Source of the DNA: Candidatus Pacearchaeota archaeon
Lineage (GTDB): Archaea; Nanobdellota; Nanobdellia; Pacearchaeales; GW2011-AR1
Reading direction: 5' to 3'
Assembly: GCA_002686355.1 (NCBI GenBank)
Contig: NZBV01000018.1
Coordinates: 1-36,907 of the forward strand
Length of the DNA stretch: 36,907 nucleotides
The notes below the pieces were generated by a model, which saw only the letters and a list, made by a program, of their open reading frames with translations, had not been told where the DNA came from and made no database searches. The stretch's first letter is position 1, and each line of letters opens with the position of its first letter. Position numbers and translations under genes: made by a program. This document shows, piece by piece, positions 28,631-36,907 of the stretch.

Positions 28631-29512
28631 ATGATTCACATAATAATTACTTCTTATGGAGAACTAGAATCAACTATGAAAACAATAGATTCTTTTCTCA
28701 ATCAAAAAATCAAGGAGCCATATAAAATAACAGTCATAGACCCTTTTCCAGAAATTGAAAAATCATTAAAAAAGAAATATGGAAAGAATGTTGATTTTTT
28801 CTTAGATCCAGGGGAAGGAAAAAGTTATGCTTTAAATTTATTTCTTGAAAAAATTTATTCCCAAAATAAAGATGATATAATAATTTTTACAGACGGCGAT
28901 GTGCATGTTTCTGAGAATACAGTGCAGGAATTTTTAAATTCTTTCAAGGACGAAAAAATCGGATGTGTTACAGGAAAGCCAGTACCACTAGATGAAAAAA
29001 ATAATCTGTTTGGTTTCTGGAGTCATTTGCTTTTTGAAGGAATTCACAGAACAAGAGAAAAACTAAATACCCGAGAAAAATTCTTTGAATGCTCTGGTTA
29101 TCTTTTTGCAATCCGAAATGGTGTTCTCAAGGGATTTCCCCTTGAAGTTTCAGAGGATGGAATCATCCCTTATCTTTTTTGGAAACAAGGTTATAAAACA
29201 AAATACATTCCAAAAGCAGAAGTTTATGTTCTGAATAATTATAATTGGAAAAATTGGAAAAAACAAAAAGTAAGAAATATCAAGGGCCATGAAAATTATA
29301 ATGTTGTTGCTCCTGAAATGCCAAGGACAAAATCTCTTTTTAATGAAATAAAAGAAGGAACATTGTTTGCCTTGAAATATCCAAAAACAATGAAGGAGAG
29401 ATACTGGACATCTTTGTTGTTTCTTGCCCGTTTGAATATTTATCTGAAAGCTTTGTATGACATAAAAATCAAAAAGAAAAAATACGAGGATGGTTGGCGT
29501 GCAGATACTTAA
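28631..29512 (+). CDS. Glycosyltransferase, GT2 (GT-A); start refined to ATG 28631
   Basis: IIITSYGE, GKSYALN, FTDGD (DxD), SGYLFA.R, SED. Confidence 0.88.
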   Translation: MIHIIITSYGELESTMKTIDSFLNQKIKEPYKITVIDPFPEIEKSLKKKYGKNVDFFLDPGEGKSYALNLFLEKIYSQNKDDIIIFTDGDVHVSENTVQEFLNSFKDEKIGCVTGKPVPLDEKNNLFGFWSHLLFEGIHRTREKLNTREKFFECSGYLFAIRNGVLKGFPLEVSEDGIIPYLFWKQGYKTKYIPKAEVYVLNNYNWKNWKKQKVRNIKGHENYNVVAPEMPRTKSLFNEIKEGTLFALKYPKTMKERYWTSLLFLARLNIYLKALYDIKIKKKKYEDGWRADT

Positions 29513-29916
29513 TCTTTAATCTTTCCCAACTCCTCACTCAACTCCTCCAAACTCTCAACAATCTTAACTTGCCCTGCAATCACAGCACTAATATCTGAAA
29601 TAGACTCACTAACTTTTCTGTCTGTTTTCAATCCAATGACTTTCTTACCAAGAGCCTGAAAATAACCTATCTCCCATGCTGTCCCAGCCCCAACACAAAT
29701 CCCGTCTAAAACCCCAATTAAGACATCACACTCGTGCAATTCTTCAACATCCTTCTTAGATATCTCTGGGACATCTTTAATATCCTTAAACAACCCTGCA
29801 TCTCTGTGCGGCAAAAACGTCTCAAACTCAAACTCCTTACACAGTTTATCTAACTTTTCTAAAAATTCCCTGTTTTCCTCAGTGCACAACGGACCAGCAA
29901 GATAAACCTTAACCAT
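29509..29916 (-). CDS. Nucleoside 2-deoxyribosyltransferase / nucleotide N-glycosidase family (NDT/Rcl/MilB-like)
   Basis: VYLAGP, FLPHRD, D.....CD, GTAWEIGY..ALGK. Start refined to ATG 29916. Confidence 0.85.
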   Translation of the reverse strand: MVKVYLAGPLCTEENREFLEKLDKLCKEFEFETFLPHRDAGLFKDIKDVPEISKKDVEELHECDVLIGVLDGICVGAGTAWEIGYFQALGKKVIGLKTDRKVSESISDISAVIAGQVKIVESLEELSEELGKIKD

Positions 29917-29986
29917 AACTTTCAAGAGATTCTTCCATTTTAAAAACTATCACAAAATTTTAATACCCTCTTTTTATGGCTAAAGT

Positions 29987-31105
29987 ATGGCAAAATGGAA
30001 TTCAAATTGCAGATTCTTCAATGAGAAATATGCTTGCGATACACTTGCTAGTGAGGGCTATGAAAGTTGCGAGGAATGCAAGTTCGCAGCACCATACTCA
30101 AAAAAAATCCTAATCTTAAAATTCGGAGCAATGGGAGATGTCCTGAGAACAACCCCAATCCTCACAGCATTAAGGAAAAAACACGGCGAGGACATCCTTG
30201 TCTACTGGATGACTGCCCAAGATTCTGTAGAACTTCTTGAAAACAATCCTCTAATTGACAAAATCTTTCCTTACAATTTAGAAAACGTCATGAGAATCCA
30301 GCAAGAAAAATTCGACATTTTATACTCTCTTGAAATTGATACACCTTCAACTCTATTAGCAAATGTCGTTAATGCAACTGAAAAATTAGGTTTTTATTTT
30401 GATGATGGAACAACATCTTGTTTTAACAAAGGCGCAGAATCATATCTTCAAACAGCATTTCTTCAACATGTAAAACTAAAAAACAGGAGAACATACCAGG
30501 ATTTAATTTTTGAAGCATGTGAACTTTCTTACAACAAGGAAAAGCCAATTTTTAATTTTTCAAAGAAAGATTTAGAATTTGGAAAAAAGTTTGCAGAAGA
30601 AAACAATCTTTTAAGATCAGACAAAATTATTGGAGTTCATATTGGTTCTTCTGGAAGGTGGGAATCAAAATTTTGGGACAATGAAAAAATAAAGGAGTTA
30701 ATAAGAAAAATCTCTGGAAGAAATAAAATAATAATCTTTGGAGGCCCAAATGAGATTGAAAAACAGAAGGAATTCTTTGAAGCAATGAAAAATGAAGGAA
30801 TTTCTTTAATCAAAAATAATCCAAATAATTCTGAAGGAGAATTTGCAGCAGTGATAAATCTCTGCGACACAATAATTTGCGGGGATAGTCTTTCAATGCA
30901 CATGGCTTCAGCTTTAAATAAAAAAACAATTGCTTTGTTTTTCTCTACCCCTTGTTGGGAAGTTGAAGATTATGATTTAATCAAAAAATTAACCTCTCCG
31001 CTCTTGGAAAAATATTTTTTTATAGGAGATTATGTCCCAGAATTAGCAGATAGTATTTCTGTTGATGAGGTTATAAATCTTTTAGAATCTAATGAAAACA
31101 AATAA
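29987..31105 (+). CDS. GT9-family (heptosyltransferase-like) glycosyltransferase with Cys-rich N-terminus
   Basis: ILILKFGAMGDVLRTTPIL, LLENNP.ID, G.SG.W.SK.W, GDSLSMHMASAL. N-terminal CRFF...C...CEEC. Confidence 0.88.
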   Translation: MAKWNSNCRFFNEKYACDTLASEGYESCEECKFAAPYSKKILILKFGAMGDVLRTTPILTALRKKHGEDILVYWMTAQDSVELLENNPLIDKIFPYNLENVMRIQQEKFDILYSLEIDTPSTLLANVVNATEKLGFYFDDGTTSCFNKGAESYLQTAFLQHVKLKNRRTYQDLIFEACELSYNKEKPIFNFSKKDLEFGKKFAEENNLLRSDKIIGVHIGSSGRWESKFWDNEKIKELIRKISGRNKIIIFGGPNEIEKQKEFFEAMKNEGISLIKNNPNNSEGEFAAVINLCDTIICGDSLSMHMASALNKKTIALFFSTPCWEVEDYDLIKKLTSPLLEKYFFIGDYVPELADSISVDEVINLLESNENK

Positions 31106-31129
31106 AAACTTCTCTCCCAAATTAATTTA

Positions 31130-32749
31130 ATGGAAGAAAAAGAAAATAATGATTTAATTGGTAAGAGAAAAAACACATTAAAAAACTTCTTTTTTGGATG
31201 GGTTGAAGATAATTATGATAAGGCTTTTCTTGGTATTTTGCTTGTTGCACTTATTTTGAGGTTCTTGGTTTTTCTAAAAACAATGGACCAGGCGATTTGG
31301 TGGGATGCTGCAGATTATCTTGCGACTGCAAAGAGGTGGGCTGGCGCCAATCCCCATTTAATTGATATGTGGTATTATCGAAGAGGATTCCTCTGGCCTT
31401 TATTTGGTTCACTCTTTCTAAGGTTTGGTTTGGGAGAAGTTGGAATAAGATTTGCAGTTGTTTTATTGTCAACTGGAATTGTCGCTGTTTCATATCTTCT
31501 TGTTTCAAAAATGTTTGATAAAAAATTAGCACTTTTTACAAGTATTGGAATAACTTTTTCATGGATATACTTGTTTTTCAGCGGACGACCATTAACAAAC
31601 CTTCCTGCGACTTTTTTCCTTTTGACTTCTTTGTTTTTTTTCTGGAAAGGTTATGTTCTCAAGGAGGGAAACAAGTTCATATATCTTTTTGGGGCATTTT
31701 ATGCTTTAGCTTGTCTAACCAGGATGCAGTATGTAACTTTTGCGATTCCACTAATGGCGCTCGTGTTCACAAAAGAAAAATTCCGAGCTTTAGTTAACAA
31801 ACATCTCTGGATTGCTATAGGGATTTTTCTCATAATCTTCACACCCCAGTTTGTTATGCATTATCAACATTTTGGAAATCCTATAACTGATTTAACATAT
31901 TATTATCTTGGAGTTGGTTCTGGAGGAGAAGCAGGAGGTGCTGGAACAGCTCCGCTCTATGTTTATTTTACAAATCTTCCATATATCCTCGACGGAAACA
32001 ATGCAGGTTATAGTTCTCTTTTAACCTTAAGCCCAATATATCTCTTATTTGTGATTGGGTTTTTCATGTTCTTTTTTGAAATGTTCTTAGGTCTTGATAA
32101 AATATTCAAAAACAAAGAAATTCAAAAGAAATTTTTCATTTTTTTCTGGATTGGATTCACATTCTTACTTTTAGCTTATATTGCTCCTCATCTTGAACAG
32201 AGATACATGATGCAGACACTACCTTTTTTGTTTGTTATAGTTGCCCAGCCTTTAATCTTTTTTGAAGAATTCCTTGTTAGAAATTTTAAGATAAAGAAAA
32301 TTTTAAGTGTCGTTTTAATTAGCACAATTTTTATTTTATTGCTTTACCCCAGTTTTGTTTTTGCAAATAACCTCGTAGAACTTAAAAAAACTTCATATAT
32401 CGAGGTAAAACAATCAGGAGAATGGATTAAGGAAAATTCAGACCCTACAGACATAATTATTTCGTCTTCTCTCCCCCAAACAACTTATTATTCAGAAAGA
32501 TCAACATATCCTTTTAATCTCGCATATCGAAGAGATATTGAAAAGAAAAATATAACAGAAACAGGGGAATTTATCCAAACAGAAAAACCGAAGTATATGG
32601 TGATTTCTGTCTATGAACAGCAAATACCTGATTTTGAATACTGGGCTTATACTTATCCTCAGAAAAATAATCATACAGTTATTCCCGTGAAAGTCTACGC
32701 ACAAGGAGAGCAACCTACCCTGATTGTTTATGAATTTAAATATGATTAA
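31130..32749 (+). CDS. GT-C glycosyltransferase (PMT/ArnT-like)
   Basis: LILR..TM...IWWDAADY first external loop, many TM helices, EQRY motif, C-terminal soluble domain. Confidence 0.82.
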   Translation: MEEKENNDLIGKRKNTLKNFFFGWVEDNYDKAFLGILLVALILRFLVFLKTMDQAIWWDAADYLATAKRWAGANPHLIDMWYYRRGFLWPLFGSLFLRFGLGEVGIRFAVVLLSTGIVAVSYLLVSKMFDKKLALFTSIGITFSWIYLFFSGRPLTNLPATFFLLTSLFFFWKGYVLKEGNKFIYLFGAFYALACLTRMQYVTFAIPLMALVFTKEKFRALVNKHLWIAIGIFLIIFTPQFVMHYQHFGNPITDLTYYYLGVGSGGEAGGAGTAPLYVYFTNLPYILDGNNAGYSSLLTLSPIYLLFVIGFFMFFFEMFLGLDKIFKNKEIQKKFFIFFWIGFTFLLLAYIAPHLEQRYMMQTLPFLFVIVAQPLIFFEEFLVRNFKIKKILSVVLISTIFILLLYPSFVFANNLVELKKTSYIEVKQSGEWIKENSDPTDIIISSSLPQTTYYSERSTYPFNLAYRRDIEKKNITETGEFIQTEKPKYMVISVYEQQIPDFEYWAYTYPQKNNHTVIPVKVYAQGEQPTLIVYEFKYD

Positions 32750-33267
32750 TGTTCAAAAACAAATATCTTGCTTACTGTGAAAAAATTAATCTTTTTTTTC
32801 AATTTGAAGTTCTGTTTTAAGATATCAAAAATTTCATAGTGTCTTGTTATGTGTTCTCCTGGGACTTCAGATTTGCCTACAAATTTTCTCATCTTCCTTG
32901 AAACCCAATTCTCACTTGGAACAGAAACTATTAAATCAAAATTCTCATTTAATTTTTCAAATTTAGAAATAATTTTATTTATTTCGTCAAGAGGGATATG
33001 CTCAAAAACATCCAGAACAAATATCTTTGTTGGCGAAAGAGTCCTGTAATCTTCAATGAATGTTTTATCAGGATTATTATCATATCCATAAATTTCATAA
33101 TCTTTTAACTTTTTTTCAAGCCACCCCCCACCACACCCAAAATCAAGAATAACATCTTCTTTCTTCAATTTTGCTAACTTAATTGCCAGCCAGACCTTTG
33201 TCCTAAAATATGTTCGAGTAATCAAGCTTTTACTTTCATAAGTATTTTCAAGTTTATTGTCTTCCAT
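32746..33267 (-). CDS. Class I SAM-dependent methyltransferase (short)
   Basis: ILDFGCGGG, GYD, DVFEHI, SVP. Confidence 0.85.
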   Translation of the reverse strand: MEDNKLENTYESKSLITRTYFRTKVWLAIKLAKLKKEDVILDFGCGGGWLEKKLKDYEIYGYDNNPDKTFIEDYRTLSPTKIFVLDVFEHIPLDEINKIISKFEKLNENFDLIVSVPSENWVSRKMRKFVGKSEVPGEHITRHYEIFDILKQNFKLKKKINFFTVSKIFVFEH

Positions 33268-33322
33268 GTTTAGAAATAATATATGGTGTTTTTAAGAATT
33301 GCGGAGTTCTAGAAGAGTTTAG

Positions 33323-34216
33323 CTATCTTCTAAAAAAGGCACAAAGTTTATCCAAACCAATTTTAGCCCTATGTGTGACAATTTCCCTATAGGGCAACCT
33401 GCCTTTTTTTAAATCTTCCAAATTAGCTAGATACATCTGCTGATTGAGATTCTCTAAATAATTTTCAAAACTATCTGTTTTGAGAGGGGCCATTCTCGTT
33501 GAGCTGGAACCTATAGATTTAATACTATATCCTCCACTCCCAGCTAAACATCCTGGAGCAGGCATCTCTCCAAAAATTTCTTTATACATTCTTTCACAAA
33601 ACTTGTTTGTTTTTCTTGGCTTTGAACTTGAATAAATCTTAATACCATTAAAGTCTTCTAAAACTTCATTATTTTCTCTCACAATTTTTTCAAAAGATTT
33701 TGGGCAAGAAGTGGCATTTAAGATAATTGGCAATTTTCTTTTCTGTGCTTCTTTGATATTTGGCATGGCATCTTGATTCTCAGGAAAATTTTCACCATAA
33801 GGGAGTCCTAAAACATCGCAAACAATTTCGGTGCTCTCGCCATTAGGCAAAATATAATTTCCTGTAAACTCTTGCCCTTTCATAAGCCAAATCTTTCTCA
33901 AATCATCAATTAAAACACTCTTTTCTCCTAATGTTCTAACTTCCTCTGTTGCCAAATCTGCAACCATTTCATATCTCTTATCCGGCTCCCATTTACAGTA
34001 TTTTGGCTCTCTTGCATTTAAGATTACTGCCCCTCCTCCAGAACCAACTCCTCTTAAAACAGAATTAGCAATAGTTTTATAATTATTTCTAAGGCGTGTT
34101 TTAGTTGGATTAACTCTTTCTAGCTCCCAACCTAAATCTACTTGAATCTTTTTCCCAAATCCTACATCATTCATTCCAAATCCTATATCATCCATTTCAA
34201 ATCTTACACCATTCAT
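33323..34216 (-). CDS. Hypothetical protein, degenerate PHP-fold-like
   Basis: Spacing of VDL, KGQE, VLGL, NGI.IY, N, LAGSGGY and IG resembles PHP motifs, but the His/Asp ligands are replaced. Confidence 0.5.
   Translation of the reverse strand: MNGVRFEMDDIGFGMNDVGFGKKIQVDLGWELERVNPTKTRLRNNYKTIANSVLRGVGSGGGAVILNAREPKYCKWEPDKRYEMVADLATEEVRTLGEKSVLIDDLRKIWLMKGQEFTGNYILPNGESTEIVCDVLGLPYGENFPENQDAMPNIKEAQKRKLPIILNATSCPKSFEKIVRENNEVLEDFNGIKIYSSSKPRKTNKFCERMYKEIFGEMPAPGCLAGSGGYSIKSIGSSSTRMAPLKTDSFENYLENLNQQMYLANLEDLKKGRLPYREIVTHRAKIGLDKLCAFFRR
34154..34195. repeat. 2 x 21-bp imperfect tandem repeat (MDDIGFG/MNDVGFG)
   Basis: cccaaatcctacatcattcat vs tccaaatcctatatcatccat, 18/21 identical. Confidence 0.8.
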
Positions 34217-34255
34217 TTTCTTCGAGGTTTCTTAATCTTTTTAAGCATTTCCATA

Positions 34256-35647
34256 CTATTTGCCTAAACCCAAAAAAGCAATTCCTGCATTCAAATAGGC
34301 TTTCAATTTCTTTGGGCTGTTTAGATTTTTAAGAGCCTTGAAAAATATTTTTGGTCTAAAATAAAAACTTCTATAGGCTTTTTTTTGCATCTCTATTAAA
34401 AGTTCTTCACTTAATTCTCCATGGTTAAATATAACATTCCCATAGGCAATATAATCACGATAATTTTTTGGATAAATTTCCCCTTCTTTTTTTATGATTT
34501 TCCAGTAATCTGTATTAGGGAAAGGAATTGTTATATGAAATGTCGCAGTATCAATATCAAGGCTTTTTGCAAAATTTATTGTGTCCTCCATTGTTTGCTT
34601 ATTTTCTCCAAGATTTCCAAACATGAACAACCCCCTTGTTTCTATTCCTGCCTCCTTACACCATTTAACAGCTAACCTAACCTTATTAAGGTCTATGCTT
34701 TTTTTCATATTTTTTAAGATTTGTTCATTGCCTGATTCAATTCCCAATGAGACCATATAACATCCTGCTTTTTTCATTCTCCTTAACAATTCAGGTGTAA
34801 TCCTGTCAACCCTTATTCCGTTCGCACATCTCCAGCTCATTTTTTTATTTAAACCTTTTTCAATCATCATATCACAAAATTTTTCAACCCTGTCCATAAT
34901 TAGAGTAAAATTGTCGTCGACAAAATCCCAATCTTTAACACCTCTTTTATACAACTCTTCAACTTCTTGAATCATATTTTCCGGGCTTCTGAATCTAAAC
35001 TTCTTTCCATGAACAAGATGATCTGCACAAAAGATACACTGATAAGGACACCCCCGAGAACTTAAGATATAGTCGCTCGGTGTTTGTTTCGCGCCAACAC
35101 TAAAATACTTTTCCATCGGAAGAAGATCTCTTGCAGGAAAAGGAAGGTCATCCAATTTATCATTTAATTCTCTAGAAGGATTATGAATGATTTTTTCCTC
35201 TTCTCTGTATGATAATCCTTCTATTTTTGAGAGAGGTTTTTTTTGAATAAATTCAAGCATTGTAAATTCTCCTTCACCTCTCACCAAATAATCAAATCTA
35301 TCAAATTTTTCCAAAGTTTCCTGTGGCATTGAACTAGCATGAATCCCTCCAATAATAACTTTAATTTTCCTTGGGCAAAATTTTGCGATTTCATGAGCTT
35401 CTTCAATCAAACTTGTAGTAGCAGTTATTCCGACAACATCAGGAGAATATTCCATTATTTGTTTTTTTATCTGTTCATGATTAAAGTCATTAGCATTTGC
35501 CTCTAAAATTTTAACAGGAATTTTTCCCTTTTGTAAAACTGCTGCAATATATGCCAAACCAAGTGGAGGAAACACAGGGGTAATTTCTTTTTTTTGCGCA
35601 TAAGCATAAATGCTTCGATAATTTGGCTGGATCAACAAAACTTTCAT
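34256..35647 (-). CDS. Cobalamin-binding radical SAM protein #5
   Basis: PPLGLAYIA, PDVVGIT, IGGIHAS, RGEGE, SSRGCPYQCIFC, VDDNF, GIESG. Confidence 0.93.
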   Translation of the reverse strand: MKVLLIQPNYRSIYAYAQKKEITPVFPPLGLAYIAAVLQKGKIPVKILEANANDFNHEQIKKQIMEYSPDVVGITATTSLIEEAHEIAKFCPRKIKVIIGGIHASSMPQETLEKFDRFDYLVRGEGEFTMLEFIQKKPLSKIEGLSYREEEKIIHNPSRELNDKLDDLPFPARDLLPMEKYFSVGAKQTPSDYILSSRGCPYQCIFCADHLVHGKKFRFRSPENMIQEVEELYKRGVKDWDFVDDNFTLIMDRVEKFCDMMIEKGLNKKMSWRCANGIRVDRITPELLRRMKKAGCYMVSLGIESGNEQILKNMKKSIDLNKVRLAVKWCKEAGIETRGLFMFGNLGENKQTMEDTINFAKSLDIDTATFHITIPFPNTDYWKIIKKEGEIYPKNYRDYIAYGNVIFNHGELSEELLIEMQKKAYRSFYFRPKIFFKALKNLNSPKKLKAYLNAGIAFLGLGK

Positions 35648-36907
35648 TTTATCTTTTGCAGATTATATTTATTTATAGTAAATCTATAAGCATGGTCTAA
35701 TTCTAGCCCATATTTTCTTTTATAATAGGTTAGAAACACTAATAAATCCCAGATAAAAAAGGGACCTCCTTTTAAAAATCCCTCATAAATATATTTCTTA
35801 ATTTGGTATAATCTTATCTTATTAATAATTTTTTTAATTTCATTACTTGAAGCAAATTTAGTTTTTACAACAGGATTGGTAAACATGTCTTGAAAATTTT
35901 CAAATCTTTCTTTCTCAATTAAATTTTCTTTTTCACAAATTTCTTTCATTTCTGTAGAAGGTAAGGGAATCAAAACAGGGAATAGAACATAATCTGCACC
36001 AGATTTTTTAGCCATATTAAAACTCTCTTCCATCATCTCAATATTTTCATAAGGAGCCCCAATAATAAATTGCAATCTTAATTGAAGATTATATTTTTTG
36101 ATTATTTTAATCGCATCAAAGATCTGTTTTTCACTCATATTCCTCTTATAAATACTATTTCGGATATAATCATTCCCTGCTTCTACACCCATTCTAACTT
36201 CATAACACCCTGCATTTTTCATAGCTCTGATTATTTCTTCTGTAACAAGATTAGCCCTCACATTTGCATTCCATTTTAATTTCTTATGGAAACCATTTTT
36301 CCTGAATTTTTCACAAAATTCTAGGACAAAATCCCTATCCATAATAAAGGTATCATCATAAAAGAAAAGGTATTTCATTCCTTTTTTGTGGTATTGATTC
36401 ACTCTCAATTTGATTTCCTCCATTAGATTATCTACACCTCTAAATCTCACATACTTTCCTTTCAATTCTTTTTTTAGGGCATGATTACTGCAATATGTAC
36501 ACCGATATGGACACCCTCTAGAAGCCATGATTGGGAGATGGTTATTACTTATCAAAAAATATCTTTCTAAATCAAAGTCATCCCATTCTGGAAATGGCAA
36601 ATAATCTAAGTCCTCAATAAGATTTCTCTGGCCATTTTTAATCACTTTATCGTCTTTTTTATACCAAATACCTTCGATGCCCTTACAGTTTAATTTTTTA
36701 TCCAAAAGTTCTTTTAAGACTTCTTCTCCTTCTCCAATGCAAATAATATCAACTTCTTCATTTTTTATGACTTCTTTAGAAGAAAGAATACAATGGACTC
36801 CGCCAAAAATTATTTTTACATCAAAATTTTTCTTGATGAGTTTTGCTATCTTAATTGCCTGAGTATAATTAAAACTTAAAACAGACAATCCCACGAGATC
36901 TGGCGTC
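35644..36907 (-). CDS. Cobalamin-binding radical SAM protein #6 (5' end outside window)
   Basis: Frame is open to the window edge (TPDLVGLSVLS). FGGVH, IGEGE, ASRGCPYRCTYC, YDDTF, GVEAG. ATGA overlap with #5. Confidence 0.92.
   Translation of the reverse strand, partial: TPDLVGLSVLSFNYTQAIKIAKLIKKNFDVKIIFGGVHCILSSKEVIKNEEVDIICIGEGEEVLKELLDKKLNCKGIEGIWYKKDDKVIKNGQRNLIEDLDYLPFPEWDDFDLERYFLISNNHLPIMASRGCPYRCTYCSNHALKKELKGKYVRFRGVDNLMEEIKLRVNQYHKKGMKYLFFYDDTFIMDRDFVLEFCEKFRKNGFHKKLKWNANVRANLVTEEIIRAMKNAGCYEVRMGVEAGNDYIRNSIYKRNMSEKQIFDAIKIIKKYNLQLRLQFIIGAPYENIEMMEESFNMAKKSGADYVLFPVLIPLPSTEMKEICEKENLIEKERFENFQDMFTNPVVKTKFASSNEIKKIINKIRLYQIKKYIYEGFLKGGPFFIWDLLVFLTYYKRKYGLELDHAYRFTINKYNLQKIK

Noticed and set aside
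27411..29916. Complete Dpd, Qat or type IV CBASS defence system
   Set aside because: No DpdA/TGT, TatD, ATPase, cyclase or effector gene is in the window.
29509..30330. Locally different base and codon usage suggesting a recent insertion
   Set aside because: Only an impression by eye. There are no flanking repeats or mobility genes, and the NDT gene shares a stop overlap with its neighbour.
806..36862. Numerous 60-122 aa ORFs antisense to or nested in long genes
   Set aside because: They are shadows of motif-bearing genes and have no recognisable motifs or promoters.
1..36907. tRNA, rRNA, CRISPR arrays, transposases, integrases
   Set aside because: None seen. Intergenic spaces are too short and AT-rich, and no repeat-spacer pattern is present.

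Overview
AT-rich, gene-dense archaeal DNA, most likely from a small-genome DPANN lineage (Pacearchaeota/Woesearchaeota-like). The taxonomy is inferred from an archaeal-type SecD C-terminus, an aIF5A-like gene, and TATA boxes about 20-28 nt before start codons with no Shine-Dalgarno sites. The window is a large surface-glycan or glycolipid locus with frequent strand switching. It encodes GalE, a flippase, a deacetylase, PseB-, RfbH/DdhC- and RmlD-like nucleotide-sugar enzymes, a UDP-galactopyranose-mutase-like flavoprotein, GT2/GT4/GT9/GT-C glycosyltransferases, and a polyprenyl-phosphate phosphoribosyltransferase-like UbiA with a PAP2 phosphatase. The most unusual content is six cobalamin-binding radical SAM enzymes, plus a SPASM/twitch radical SAM and a DUF362 ferredoxin-domain protein. 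There is also a small regulated module: a ribbon-helix-helix protein and a CysD/APS-reductase-like protein share an identical 15-bp operator-like motif (palindromic core) and a C-terminal LxxLGY tail, next to a Thr-nucleophile sulfatase-like enzyme. Other oddities are an orphan QueC with a coupled zinc-finger protein, a half-size aIF5A homolog, and an apparently inactive PHP-fold protein. No tRNA, rRNA, CRISPR array or mobile element was seen. All family calls come from motif recognition by eye, not database searches.
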